Counted from the first letter of the stretch, positions 39,582-49,671 are shown. The stretch: 64,000 bases of DNA from Bacteroidales bacterium (GCA_031323845.1 JAVIYP010000003.1:11007-75006), one strand, 5' to 3'. Notes: generated by a model from the letters alone, not told the origin. Numbers and translations: made by a program.

Positions 39582-40634
39582 TCAACGACGTACATATTGT
39601 TGTTCGTAATACTCCTGGTAGGCACCCGAAGTAACCCCGCGAAGCCATTCTTCGTTGTTCAGGTACCAGTCAACGCATTTTCCGAGACCGGTCTCAAAGT
39701 TTAGTGATGGCTTCCATCCCAGTTCATCCTGAAGTTTGGATGCGTCAATGGCGTAACGCAGATCGTGTCCTGCCCTGTCTTTCACATAAGTGATCAGGCC
39801 TTCGGATGTGCCCGGGTCGCGGCCGAGCTTTTCATCCATTATCTTGCATAGAAGTCTGATCAGATCAATGTTTTTCCACTCATTATGTCCGCCGATGTTA
39901 TAGGTCTCTCCGATAGTACCTTGTTGTAAAATAAGATCAATGGCCTCTGCATGGTCTACAACATAAAGCCAGTCGCGTACATTCTCCCCTTTGCCATAAA
40001 CGGGCAGCGGTTTTTTATTGATAATGTTATTGATGAAGAGCGGAATGAGTTTCTCAGGGAATTGATTTGGCCCGTAATTGTTGGAGCAGTTTGAGATCAC
40101 AACAGGTAATCCATACGTATGATGGTAGGCCCTGACAAAGTGGTCGCTTGACGCTTTGGAGGCTGAATAGGGGCTGCGCGGATCGTAAGGTGTTGTTTCG
40201 GTGAACAGTCCCTCGTCACCCAAGGAACCATATACTTCGTCGGTGCTTACATGGTAGAAGCGTTTGCCTTCCCATTGATCCTGCCAGTAGTGTTTTGCTG
40301 CATTCAGCAGGTTTACCGTTCCGGTAACGTTGGCATGAACAAAATCCATAGGATTTGCAATGGATCGGTCAACGTGCGATTCTGCCGCAAGGTGTATCAC
40401 TTTATCAAAACGATACTTTTCAAAGAGGGCAAACACAAATTCGCCATCCACAATATCGCCTTTTACAAAAACATAATTCGGCTTATTTTCGATGTCGGTC
40501 AGGTTCAGCAGGTTACCGGCATAAGTAAGCTTGTCGAGGTTGACAATGGTGCTTTCGGGATACTTGTTGACAAAGAGCCTAACGGTGTGTGATCCGATAA
40601 AGCCGGCACCTCCGGTGATCAGGATTTTGTTCAT
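39582..40634 (-). CDS. rfbB: dTDP-glucose 4,6-dehydratase
   Basis: It has the Rossmann motif GGAGFIGS, the catalytic YSASKA and characteristic RfbB length and sequence. Confidence 0.95.
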   Translation of the reverse strand: MNKILITGGAGFIGSHTVRLFVNKYPESTIVNLDKLTYAGNLLNLTDIENKPNYVFVKGDIVDGEFVFALFEKYRFDKVIHLAAESHVDRSIANPMDFVHANVTGTVNLLNAAKHYWQDQWEGKRFYHVSTDEVYGSLGDEGLFTETTPYDPRSPYSASKASSDHFVRAYHHTYGLPVVISNCSNNYGPNQFPEKLIPLFINNIINKKPLPVYGKGENVRDWLYVVDHAEAIDLILQQGTIGETYNIGGHNEWKNIDLIRLLCKIMDEKLGRDPGTSEGLITYVKDRAGHDLRYAIDASKLQDELGWKPSLNFETGLGKCVDWYLNNEEWLRGVTSGAYQEYYEQQYVRR

Positions 40635-40725
40635 GTGTTTATAATTTAAAAACTATATGTTATTTAGCTATTTTTTTGGTGTTATTAAACTGCCCTTTCA
40701 TGGCGATCCGTTTCCACCGTTCCAG

Positions 40726-40780
40726 CCTTAAACTTTAAACCTCAAACCTTCAACATCTAACTTCTAACCTCTAACTTCTA
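40726..40780. repeat. G-free 7-nt tandem array (CCTTAAA/CTTCTAA type, 8 units), a variant of the TTCTGAC block
   Basis: The units are CCTTAAA CTTTAAA CCTCAAA CCTTCAA CATCTAA CTTCTAA CCTCTAA CTTCTA. The TTCTAAC units differ by one base from TTCTGAC at 22778-22816. The array overlaps the last five codons and the stop of galE. Confidence 0.85.
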
Positions 40781-41804
40781 TAATACCTGCTGCCAGGTTT
40801 TGCTCCCATTTCCAGGCGGTGTCCATCATAACATCAAGTCCTTTTTCAGCCTTCCAGCCAAGCCTGATGTTGGCCAGGGTAGTGTCTGCCCACACCTGTT
40901 CGATATCACCGGGCCGCCGTCCGCTGAATGTCCGGTTCAGCTTAACACCACTGACCTTCTCAAAAGTGTTTATGGCCTCAAGGACGCTGTAACCGGTGCC
41001 GGTGCCAAGGTTAAACACCTCGTAGGGATCCTGGCTGATCTTCCCAAGCATCCGCTCAACAGCCACCACATGCGCCCTTGCCAGATCTCCAACGTAGATA
41101 TAATCCCTGATGCAGGTGCCGTCGGGAGTGTTGTAATCGTTGCCGAACACCGTCAGCTTGTCACGCTTTCCAATGGCAGTCTGGGTGATGTAAGGGACCA
41201 GGTTGTCGGGCACACCGATGGGCAGTTCACCGATCAGGGCACTCTCATGGGCGCCGATGGGATTGAAATACCGGAGTGAGATGGCGGTTACCGGTTTTTG
41301 CCGTACCGTGTCGCGAATGATCTCTTCTGATATCTGCTTGGTGTTTCCGTAAGGTGAGATGGCCGCTTTTACCGGTGCCTTTTCAGTGACCGGCAGTTCA
41401 TCAGGCTGGCCGTACACGGTGCAGGAAGAGGAAAAAACCAGGTTGCGTGTGTCCAGGAGCTGCATGCACTCAAGTAGGTTGATCAGGGAAACAAGGTTGT
41501 TGCGATAGTATTTGAGCGGCTCGTTAACCGATTCACCTACAGCCTTGTACGCTGCAAAATGTATGACGCCCCGGATGTCGCGGTGCTGCCTGAAAAACGC
41601 TTCCAGCGACGGCAGGTCGCACATGTCGAGCTTCTCAAATAGCGGCTTCTTACCCGTGATCCGGCTTATCTGCTTCACAATAACCTCCGATGAGTTCGAA
41701 AGGTTATCAATGATCAATGCATCAAAACCGCTCTTTTGCAGCTCCACAACCGTGTGTGAACCGATATATCCCGTTCCGCCGGTTACCAGAATCTTGGGTC
41801 GCAT
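40764..41804 (-). CDS. galE: UDP-glucose 4-epimerase
   Basis: MRPKILVTGGTGYIGSH provides the Rossmann motif, and YGNTK the catalytic Tyr/Lys. I prefer the ATG at 41804; the track ORF starts at an upstream GTG. Confidence 0.9.
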   Translation of the reverse strand: MRPKILVTGGTGYIGSHTVVELQKSGFDALIIDNLSNSSEVIVKQISRITGKKPLFEKLDMCDLPSLEAFFRQHRDIRGVIHFAAYKAVGESVNEPLKYYRNNLVSLINLLECMQLLDTRNLVFSSSCTVYGQPDELPVTEKAPVKAAISPYGNTKQISEEIIRDTVRQKPVTAISLRYFNPIGAHESALIGELPIGVPDNLVPYITQTAIGKRDKLTVFGNDYNTPDGTCIRDYIYVGDLARAHVVAVERMLGKISQDPYEVFNLGTGTGYSVLEAINTFEKVSGVKLNRTFSGRRPGDIEQVWADTTLANIRLGWKAEKGLDVMMDTAWKWEQNLAAGIIEVRG

Positions 41805-42002
41805 AATGATAATGTTCTCAATGATATAACGTCTGGTGTTTTTGCCGTCTGTATGATTGGTCAGCTCAGTAACCTGGGCATTCCTGTTACTCCGGAAACA
41901 CACTGTATGCCGGTCGTCTTCCTGTTGATTTTTTGATGGGTCGGACGGCAGTTCAGCACCGGGGTGCTTTCAAACATCTGGCTAATATAAACAAAAAAAA
42001 CG

Positions 42003-43304
42003 TCAAAAACTCCAGTAGTTCAGTGTTTTGATCTTGTTACGGTAAATCCCCTTAATGTCAATAAGGATGCCGTTTCCATTGTCTTTAAGGATGGTTTTGA
42101 AATATTCTTCCGTCAATTCAAGGTAGGGCTTATGGTTGACGGCCACAACAACGGCATCGTAGTTTCTGTCGTAGTTGTCAACCAGGTCAAAACCATATTC
42201 TTCCTGGACCTCTTTTGGATCAGCAAACGGATCGGTAACATCAACGTGCACGCCGTAGCTTTGCAGTTCCGAGATCAGGTCGGCAACTTTTGAATTCCGG
42301 ATATCAGTGACATTTTCCTTAAAGGTGGCACCCATCACGAGCACTTTGGTGTCGAGGATGTTTTTTCCGGCGGCAATCAGTTTTTTTACGAGCTGTTTAG
42401 CTGCATAGAACCCCATGGAGTCGTTGACGAACCTGCCCGAATTAATCACCTGCGGGTGATACCGGAACTCTTTTGCCTTGTATACCAGGTAATATGGGTC
42501 AACACCGATGCAGTGCCCGCCAACCAGCCCCGGGAAGAACTTAAGGAAATTCCACTTGGTGCCGGCCGCTTCAAGTACATCATACGTATTGATGCCCATG
42601 CGGTTAAAGATAATTGACAGCTCATTCATCAGCGCAATGTTCACATCTCGCTGGGTGTTTTCAATGATTTTGGCCGCTTCGGCTACTTTGATGGTGGCGG
42701 CCCTGTGTACGCCTGCCTCTATGATGAGCTCATATGTTTTTGCAATATTTTCGAGAGCAAGATCATCACAACCCGAAACCACTTTCATGATGCTGGTGAG
42801 GGTGTTGACCTTATCTCCCGGATTGATCCTTTCGGGAGAAAAACCGACTTTGAAATCTTTTCCGGCGGTTAAGCCCGACAGTTCTTCAAGGATAGGAATG
42901 CAGTCTTCCTCCGTACAGCCGGGATACACGGTCGACTCGTACACCACATAATCTCCCTTTTTAAGGATCCTGGCCACAGACTTTGTGGCTGACAGCAGCG
43001 GCCGCAGGTCGGGCAGGTTATGGCTGTCGATGGGCGTAGGCACGCCAACAACATGGAAGGCCGCCACGGCCAGATCCAGCGGATTTGTGGTGAACTCGAT
43101 GTCGCAGCCCTCAAAGGCTTCCGAACTTAACTCGTGATTCGGGTCAATGTTGCGACGCATCAGCTCCACCCTGTCCTCACGGATGTCGAAGCCGATTACC
43201 TTTATTTTCTTTGCAAATTCAAGTGCTATGGGAAGCCCTACATATCCAAGGCCCACCACGGATAGCACCGCCTCTTTTTTGATTAGTTTTTCGTAAATAT
43301 TCAT
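42003..43304 (-). CDS. Nucleotide-sugar dehydrogenase (UDP-GlcNAc 6-dehydrogenase, WbpA/TviB-like)
   Basis: It has the N-terminal VVGLGYVGLPIALEF NAD-binding motif and the UDP-glucose/GDP-mannose dehydrogenase family layout, with a catalytic Cys in GGHCIGVDPYY. Confidence 0.85.
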   Translation of the reverse strand: MNIYEKLIKKEAVLSVVGLGYVGLPIALEFAKKIKVIGFDIREDRVELMRRNIDPNHELSSEAFEGCDIEFTTNPLDLAVAAFHVVGVPTPIDSHNLPDLRPLLSATKSVARILKKGDYVVYESTVYPGCTEEDCIPILEELSGLTAGKDFKVGFSPERINPGDKVNTLTSIMKVVSGCDDLALENIAKTYELIIEAGVHRAATIKVAEAAKIIENTQRDVNIALMNELSIIFNRMGINTYDVLEAAGTKWNFLKFFPGLVGGHCIGVDPYYLVYKAKEFRYHPQVINSGRFVNDSMGFYAAKQLVKKLIAAGKNILDTKVLVMGATFKENVTDIRNSKVADLISELQSYGVHVDVTDPFADPKEVQEEYGFDLVDNYDRNYDAVVVAVNHKPYLELTEEYFKTILKDNGNGILIDIKGIYRNKIKTLNYWSF

Positions 43305-43376
43305 TGGTTAATGTAATTTTATTGATTGAGGTTTTACTATCTGTTATGATGAAATGGTTACTGTTTTTTTGAAGCG

Positions 43377-43985
43377 TCAGGAAGCAGGTTCGGGATTTTC
43401 CTTATACACACGTTGGTCTTTAAGTGTGTAGCCTTCCTTGCTTTCAGGACATACGGCGCGTCCGTTTTGGTCGAATTCCAGACGGTGTCCGAACTCGCTC
43501 ATCCAGCCTATATGTTTTGCCGGATTACCAACTACAAGCGCGTAGGCGGGCACATCCCTGATCACCACGGCACCTGCCCCGATAAACGCATACTCCCCGA
43601 TTTCAATACCGCAAACTATGGTGGCGTTTGCACCAATGCTGGCGCCCCTCCTGACCAGGGTTTTTACGTACTGGTCGCGTCGGATAACGGCGCTGCGCGG
43701 GTTTACAATGTTGGTGAATACCATCGAAGGCCCCAGGAAAACATCATCCTCACATTCCACACCAGTGTAAATGGAAACATTATTCTGGACCTTCACATTG
43801 TTTCCAAGTTTCACTCCCGGCGATACCACCACGTTTTGCCCGAAATTGCAGTTTTCTCCAATCTCGCAATCCGGCATGATGTGCGTGAAGTGCCAGATCT
43901 TTGTGCCTGCCCCGATGCTGGAGCCCTCATCAATAACGGCCGTTTTATGATAAGAATATCCTGATTTTTTTATGATCTCACTCAT
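43377..43985 (-). CDS. Hexapeptide-repeat N-acetyltransferase (WbpD/WlbB-like)
   Basis: It has left-handed beta-helix repeats throughout and the C-terminal [11 protein letters not shown] motif typical of UDP-2-acetamido-3-amino-2,3-dideoxy-glucuronate N-acetyltransferases. Confidence 0.75.
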   Translation of the reverse strand: MSEIIKKSGYSYHKTAVIDEGSSIGAGTKIWHFTHIMPDCEIGENCNFGQNVVVSPGVKLGNNVKVQNNVSIYTGVECEDDVFLGPSMVFTNIVNPRSAVIRRDQYVKTLVRRGASIGANATIVCGIEIGEYAFIGAGAVVIRDVPAYALVVGNPAKHIGWMSEFGHRLEFDQNGRAVCPESKEGYTLKDQRVYKENPEPAS

Positions 43986-44024
43986 AGTGTTTTGATGTAA
44001 AGGTGTGCCTGATTCGCATATGCA

Positions 44025-45164
44025 TCAGCCCTGTAAGGCTTCTATGCCTTCAAGAACAGATGCGCTGATATACTGAAGCTGTTCCTCGTCCAGTTCGGTA
44101 TGCATGGGCAGAGAGATCACACATTCGCTTAAGGCTTCTGAAACGGGGAAATCGCCCTTTTTGTAACGCGGGTCATCATAAGCTTTCTGCATATGCATGG
44201 GTACCGGGTAATAAACCATGGCAGGGATCTCTTTCTTTGCAAGAAACTCCTGCAGTCCGAAACGGTCTGTGTCTTTTAACTTAAGTGTATACTGGTGGAA
44301 GACATGCGTTGAAAAGCTGCTTCTGACCGGGGTTGTAATGGATGGATGTCCTGCAAAAGCCTTATCGTAAAAGTCAGCCGCTTTCAGCCGGGCAGCTGCA
44401 TAATCGTCCAGCCGCCTGAGCTTGATCCGCAATATGGCCGCCTGAATGCTGTCGAGCCTCGAATTCACACCAATGGAGTCATGATAATACCGGGTCACCA
44501 TGCCATGATTCACAATCATTCGCATTTTGCCGGCCAGCTCATCATCGTTGGTGAAGAGTGCTCCCCCATCACCGTAACATCCCAGGTTTTTTGAAGGAAA
44601 GAAAGAAGTGCATCCTATGTGTCCTATGGTGCCGGCCATTTTCTTTTTCCCATCCCTGAAAAGGTATGCTGAGCCAATGGCCTGTGCGGTATCTTCAATC
44701 ACATAAAGATTATGAGTCTCGGCGATGTCCAGCAGGGCTTCCATGTCCACACACTGTCCGAACAGATGTACCGGGACAATGGCTTTAGTTTTTGGCGTAA
44801 TCGCTTTTTTAACGGCTTCGGGATCGATGTTGAAGGTGTCAGGCAGCACGTCCACCAAAACAGGCGTAAGTCCCAGAAGGGCAATCACTTCAACGGTGGC
44901 AACAAAGGTAAACGATGTAGTGATCACTTCATCTCCGGGCTTAAGGTCAAGGGCCATCATAGCCACTTGTAGCGCATCAGTTCCGTTTGCGCAGGGCACT
45001 ACATGCCTGACGTTTAAGTAGCGTTCCAGCTCAGCCTGGAATTCTTTGACCTCCGGACCGTTGATAAACTGAGTGGATTGGATCACATTCAATACTGCTT
45101 CGTCGATTTCTCCTTTAATGTTTTCGTATTGACGCTTAAGGTCAACCATTTGAATTTGTCTCAT
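44025..45164 (-). CDS. DegT/DnrJ/EryC1/StrS-family sugar aminotransferase (WbpE-like)
   Basis: MRQIQMVDLKRQY is a typical N-terminus. The PLP-lysine motif is SFFPSKNLG. I prefer the start at 45164; the track ORF starts at the GTG at 45215. Confidence 0.85.
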   Translation of the reverse strand: MRQIQMVDLKRQYENIKGEIDEAVLNVIQSTQFINGPEVKEFQAELERYLNVRHVVPCANGTDALQVAMMALDLKPGDEVITTSFTFVATVEVIALLGLTPVLVDVLPDTFNIDPEAVKKAITPKTKAIVPVHLFGQCVDMEALLDIAETHNLYVIEDTAQAIGSAYLFRDGKKKMAGTIGHIGCTSFFPSKNLGCYGDGGALFTNDDELAGKMRMIVNHGMVTRYYHDSIGVNSRLDSIQAAILRIKLRRLDDYAAARLKAADFYDKAFAGHPSITTPVRSSFSTHVFHQYTLKLKDTDRFGLQEFLAKKEIPAMVYYPVPMHMQKAYDDPRYKKGDFPVSEALSECVISLPMHTELDEEQLQYISASVLEGIEALQG

Positions 45165-45342
45165 CGGTAACTTATGTGTATTTTTTTTGTTTATACTTTT
45201 TGATGTGCCGCGCACAGGTCAACCCTGCCGTATTGACTGAATTTTGTGCTTATGTGTCCCGCACATTGGCTGCAAAAATAGGGTTTTTTCAATAACTATC
45301 CGGCATTTTGGTCGAAAAACAGGCGTCAAACAAACATTATGT

Positions 45343-45350
45343 ATCTTTGA
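45343..45350 (+). promoter_or_regulatory. -7 promoter box TATCTTTG upstream of waaA
   Basis: It matches TAnnTTTG exactly and lies 14 nt before the ATG at 45365. Confidence 0.45.
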
Positions 45351-45364
45351 CAGGCGAAAAATAA

Positions 45365-46642
45365 ATGTTTATGCGAGGGTTATACCATTTTTTCCTTATC
45401 GTCTATTTCTTAGGCATTCATCTGCTCTCCTTATTTTCAAACAAGGCAAGGTTATGGGTGAAAGGACGGCGGTCGCTGATGCACAGCATGCAGGAAGCTG
45501 CCGGAGCTGACAGGCCTGACAGAAAGGTGCGTCATACCCTTTGGTTTCATTGTGCTTCGCTGGGCGAGTTTGAACAGGGCCGGCCGGTGATCGAGTCGGT
45601 AAAGGCCGCATATCCTGAATGCCGCTTGCTGCTTACCTTTTTTTCGCCAAGCGGCTTTGAAGTGAGGAAAAATTACCCCGTGGCAGACCATGTCTTTTAT
45701 TTGCCATTGGATACACCCGGCAATGTACGGCGGTTTCTTGACCTGTGGAAGCCTGATCTGGCTGTTTTTGTGAAATATGAGTATTGGTTTAATTACCTGG
45801 ATGCCTTGCACAAGGCCGGCACCCCGGTGTTTGTCATATCCGCTATTTTCCGGCCGGGGCAGTATTTTTTTCGCACCTGGGGAAGATGGTTCCTGAAGCA
45901 TTTAAAAACGGTCAGTTGTTTTTTTATCCAGGACGAAGCTTCCGCCGAATTGCTGCGAAAGCAAAACATCAGGCAGGTTGTTCTCAGCGGCGACACCCGT
46001 TTCGACAGGGTGTGGCAGTTGAGCAAAAACCCTGAAAGCCTTCCTGAGGTGGCCGCATTTAAAGGCGACGAGAAGGTCCTTGTGGCAGGCTCTACATGGC
46101 CCGCCGATGAGACCCTGCTCCGGCAGCTGATCAACGATGAGTCACTCAAACTGAAATATATAATTGCACCTCACGAGGTTCATGAAGACAGGATCAGGCA
46201 GCTGGAGCAGCTTGCCCCGGGAAATACGGTGCGCCATTCTCAATGGATTAAGAATCCTGATGCCCGTGCGCGCCTGATGATCATAGACGGCATAGGCTTC
46301 CTGTCGCATGTTTATCAATACGGACATGTTGCCTATATCGGAGGAGGTTTTGGCGACGGGATTCACAACATCCTTGAAGCGGCAACGTATGGACTGCCTG
46401 TATTCTTCGGGCCGAAATATCAGAAATTTGCTGAAGCCCGCGAATTGCTGAAAAGGGGAGGTGTATACAGCGTGTCCAATGCTGAAACCATGCGGGATCT
46501 GTTAAGGCCGATTATAGAAAAGGAAGATGAATTACGTCGGCACGCTGCCATTTGCCGTGAATTTGTGGAGTCAGGCCGGGGAGCTGCCAGCATCATTACA
46601 ACGCATATCACAGAAAAACTTAATCTGTCAGAAAGCAGCTAA
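45365..46642 (+). CDS. waaA: 3-deoxy-D-manno-octulosonic acid (Kdo) transferase
   Basis: It has an N-terminal membrane anchor, the WFHCASLGEFEQGRPVIE motif characteristic of KdtA/WaaA, and a GT-B layout. Confidence 0.85.
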   Translation: MFMRGLYHFFLIVYFLGIHLLSLFSNKARLWVKGRRSLMHSMQEAAGADRPDRKVRHTLWFHCASLGEFEQGRPVIESVKAAYPECRLLLTFFSPSGFEVRKNYPVADHVFYLPLDTPGNVRRFLDLWKPDLAVFVKYEYWFNYLDALHKAGTPVFVISAIFRPGQYFFRTWGRWFLKHLKTVSCFFIQDEASAELLRKQNIRQVVLSGDTRFDRVWQLSKNPESLPEVAAFKGDEKVLVAGSTWPADETLLRQLINDESLKLKYIIAPHEVHEDRIRQLEQLAPGNTVRHSQWIKNPDARARLMIIDGIGFLSHVYQYGHVAYIGGGFGDGIHNILEAATYGLPVFFGPKYQKFAEARELLKRGGVYSVSNAETMRDLLRPIIEKEDELRRHAAICREFVESGRGAASIITTHITEKLNLSESS

Positions 46643-46667
46643 TTCATTGTGAACTGAAGCAAGGAAA

Positions 46668-48710
46668 TTATTCTGCATCAGTTTTGAGCGTAAAGTAAAA
46701 AGTGGAACCCTTGCCTTCTTCACTTTCCACCCAGATAGTACCACCATTCCTTTTGACCAGCTCGGCACATAAGATCAGGCCGAGCCCTGTGCCTTGCTCT
46801 TTTTCCGTGCCGGGCCTTTTGTGCTCCTTGTTGATTTCGAAGATCTTGCTTTGCCATACCCTTGGGATACCCACACCATTATCGCTGATAAACACCTGCA
46901 GATATCTGTTTTGAGTCTTTGCGCCTATCTTGATGTTGCCGTTGCGCGGTGTGAATTTTATCGCATTGGACAACAGGTTTCGAATAACGGTATACACCAT
47001 GTTGTTGTCGGCGAACACCATCGAACCCTTTGCAACATCCGCTTCAATGTCAATTTTTTTGTTTGCGGCGCTTTCCGAAACAGCTTTAACGCCTTCCTCG
47101 ACCAGTGCTGAAAGGTCAAACAGTTCAGGATTGTAGCTTAGTTTTCCTGTCTGGCTGCGCGACCAATCCAGGAGGTTCTGCAGCAGCTTATACGTTCCTG
47201 AGGAGGCCTCATAAATGTTGGCAACAAACCTTTTCCTCTCTTTTTCACTAAAACTGTCGTAGGTGTTTAACAACATCTCACTGAATCCCAGAATGGCATT
47301 AAACGGCCCGATGAGGTCATGTGCAATGATGGAAAACAATTTGTCTTTAGCCTCAATGGCTGATTTAAGGTTATGTTCACTGATTTTCAACATCCCGACG
47401 GCTTTTTCCAGTTCTGAATTGAGCCTCCTGATTTCCCTTAACCGGAGCCATACAATGGTCGCAAACAAAAGAACCAGCGCAGCAAACAGGACAATCATAG
47501 TGGTGGTAAATCTGTTTCTTCTGATGGTGAGTTCTTTTAACTCATTATCCATTCTTAACATTATATTCTCCCGGTAAGTGACCTCTGTTTTCCGTTGCGT
47601 TTCCAGGTTGCTTATCAGTTGTTGGAGATCGTTGGTATAAATTTCTTCTCTCAGCACAGCAGCTCTTACTGCATGTTGGTATGCCTTTTCGTAACGGCCC
47701 AGTTCAGCATAAAGAAGGGATAACTGGTGCAGGCAGCGCTGAAGAGGTTCTTTAAAACCTTCTTGTTCAAGAATAGCCAGGGCCTGCAAAAGATGTTTCT
47801 CTGACGCTGCATACCTTTTGCTGAGGCGGTGCAGCTCACCCAGGTTAACATTAACGGTAGTCAAACCGAAAACATCATTGATCCTGGTCCGGATTTCCAG
47901 TGCTTTCAGATAATACTGCTCTGCCTGATCATAATTCCCCCTGGTCATTGATATCATGCCAAGGTTATTGAACGTATTGGCCAGAAAGCGGGGTTCTTTA
48001 TCTTCATCCTTAAACTCAACCGAGAGCAGGAAATAGCGCTCAGCCTGTTCAAAATCATTGAGCTTCTGATACACCGTACCTTTGTTGTTATATACAGAAG
48101 CCAGGCCCTGTTCATCATCAAGTTCCGTATATATCTTCTTTGCCTCTTCGAGCATGGCCAGGGATTCGTCCATCCTGCCGGCCTTTTTTAACAGCACACT
48201 GGTGTTGGAAAGGCTGCGGGCCATGCCGGGCATGTCATTTTGTTCCTTCCGGATGTGTAAGGATCTTTTAAGAAATTCCGTAGCGGTATCAAAATCTCCA
48301 ATAATCTGGTAAAGGACACCAAGATTGTTCAGCGTCTTGTCGATCTCCAAAGAATCAGCAATCAATTCCTTTAACTCAAGGCTTTGGGAGATAAGCGTTA
48401 TAGCGGTGGCAACATCCGATTTTGCATAAAAAGACAAGCCCATATTGTTGAGAATATTGGATTGGGCTGCTGTGTCTTTTTCTTTGATGGCAATGTCAAG
48501 TGCTATTGAATCATAAGCCAGCGATAAATCAAGGTTACTTGCGGAATAATAATCAGAAAGCCGGTTCAGAATGTTCAGCTTATCAAGCCCCCTGGCATCA
48601 TTCAACTCTTTCAACAAACTGTCAATATAGTTGGATTGCGCACCAGTTCCGGCATAACCCAACATCATGAGCAAGATAAAAGCAACACTTTTTATTGCAT
48701 TTGACAGCAT
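46668..48710 (-). CDS. Sensor histidine kinase with an N-terminal TPR array
   Basis: It has a signal peptide, about 8 TPR-like repeats, one TM helix (TTMIVLFAALVLLFATIVWL), the H-box SIIAHDLIGPF, the N-box LLSNAIKFT, and G-boxes DNGVGI and GTGLGL. No response regulator lies nearby. Confidence 0.85.
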   Translation of the reverse strand: MLSNAIKSVAFILLMMLGYAGTGAQSNYIDSLLKELNDARGLDKLNILNRLSDYYSASNLDLSLAYDSIALDIAIKEKDTAAQSNILNNMGLSFYAKSDVATAITLISQSLELKELIADSLEIDKTLNNLGVLYQIIGDFDTATEFLKRSLHIRKEQNDMPGMARSLSNTSVLLKKAGRMDESLAMLEEAKKIYTELDDEQGLASVYNNKGTVYQKLNDFEQAERYFLLSVEFKDEDKEPRFLANTFNNLGMISMTRGNYDQAEQYYLKALEIRTRINDVFGLTTVNVNLGELHRLSKRYAASEKHLLQALAILEQEGFKEPLQRCLHQLSLLYAELGRYEKAYQHAVRAAVLREEIYTNDLQQLISNLETQRKTEVTYRENIMLRMDNELKELTIRRNRFTTTMIVLFAALVLLFATIVWLRLREIRRLNSELEKAVGMLKISEHNLKSAIEAKDKLFSIIAHDLIGPFNAILGFSEMLLNTYDSFSEKERKRFVANIYEASSGTYKLLQNLLDWSRSQTGKLSYNPELFDLSALVEEGVKAVSESAANKKIDIEADVAKGSMVFADNNMVYTVIRNLLSNAIKFTPRNGNIKIGAKTQNRYLQVFISDNGVGIPRVWQSKIFEINKEHKRPGTEKEQGTGLGLILCAELVKRNGGTIWVESEEGKGSTFYFTLKTDAE

Positions 48711-48751
48711 AAAACTCGACTTATTAAATGAAGAGTATCATCGACGACTCT

Positions 48752-48759
48752 CAAAGGTA
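48752..48759 (-). promoter_or_regulatory. -7 promoter box TACCTTTG upstream of the histidine kinase
   Basis: The reverse complement of CAAAGGTA matches TAnnTTTG. It lies 41 nt upstream of the ATG at 48710. Confidence 0.45.
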
Positions 48760-48933
48760 ACAATATAAAGAAAACTATGTTTAACTATTATCCTCATTTT
48801 AAGTTAGTGATAAAAAACGGTATTGATGACGGATGACAATTTTCGTTAGTCGGATAATGGTGTTAATAGTCTCACTGACAGTAATATATTTGGTATTTTT
48901 GATTCCAGTGCAGGGAGTGGGCATTATGGAACA

Positions 48934-49653
48934 TCAGGTTAAACCATTACTTTGCAGGTGTGAACTTGTGTTATTCTGCCTTGCTTCATCATCCGTTTCT
49001 TCTCCTTTTTCTTCCTCATCTTCCTCATCTTCCTCGTCGTCCCATGAATACTGATCACGGGGAGGGCCCTGGTTGCGGTGAAACAGGGCAAGAAGAATGC
49101 CCGCCATCATTCCTGTAAAATGACCTTCCCAGGAAATGTTTCGTTTTGGAAAAAAGTCCGGGAAAATTCCCCACACCATACTGCCATAAAGGAACATAAC
49201 AAGCAGCGAAAAAGCCAGCAGCCTGGTGTTTCGCTTAATAAGACCAGCCGTAACATGAAATGCCGTAAATCCATAAACCAACCCGCTGGCTCCAATGTGG
49301 ATGCTTCCAAACGAACCCAATACCCAAAGCCACAAACCGGATATCAGATAAAGCTGAATAAACACCTGGTGGCTGATGCGCCGATAATAGTAATACAAAG
49401 CCGTGCCCAGAAACAAAAGAGGAACGGAGTTTGCGGCCAGATGCCCCAGGTCCTTGTGCAACAGCGGATAGGTGAACACCCCGTATATTCTTTGCAGGTT
49501 GCGGGGAGCCATGCCATAGCCCGACAAGCTAAAACCGCTGACCTCTTCTACCAGCTTAATGAGCCATAATAAGAGGACAAACGCAGCAGGCCAGATAAAA
49601 CTTTTTATCAACAGCTGTTTTTCAAGGCTGGAACCGGTTGGTGCTTTTTGCAT
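48934..49653 (-). CDS. Rhomboid family intramembrane serine protease with an acidic C-terminal tail
   Basis: It has the catalytic GASGLVYG motif and a downstream His in a TM helix. Its tail is DDEEDEEDEEEKGEETDDE. I prefer the ATG at 49653; the track start at 49674 is a TTG that overlaps a -7 box. Confidence 0.8.
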   Translation of the reverse strand: MQKAPTGSSLEKQLLIKSFIWPAAFVLLLWLIKLVEEVSGFSLSGYGMAPRNLQRIYGVFTYPLLHKDLGHLAANSVPLLFLGTALYYYYRRISHQVFIQLYLISGLWLWVLGSFGSIHIGASGLVYGFTAFHVTAGLIKRNTRLLAFSLLVMFLYGSMVWGIFPDFFPKRNISWEGHFTGMMAGILLALFHRNQGPPRDQYSWDDEEDEEDEEEKGEETDDEARQNNTSSHLQSNGLT

Positions 49654-49671
49654 AGAGACTATGATGATATG

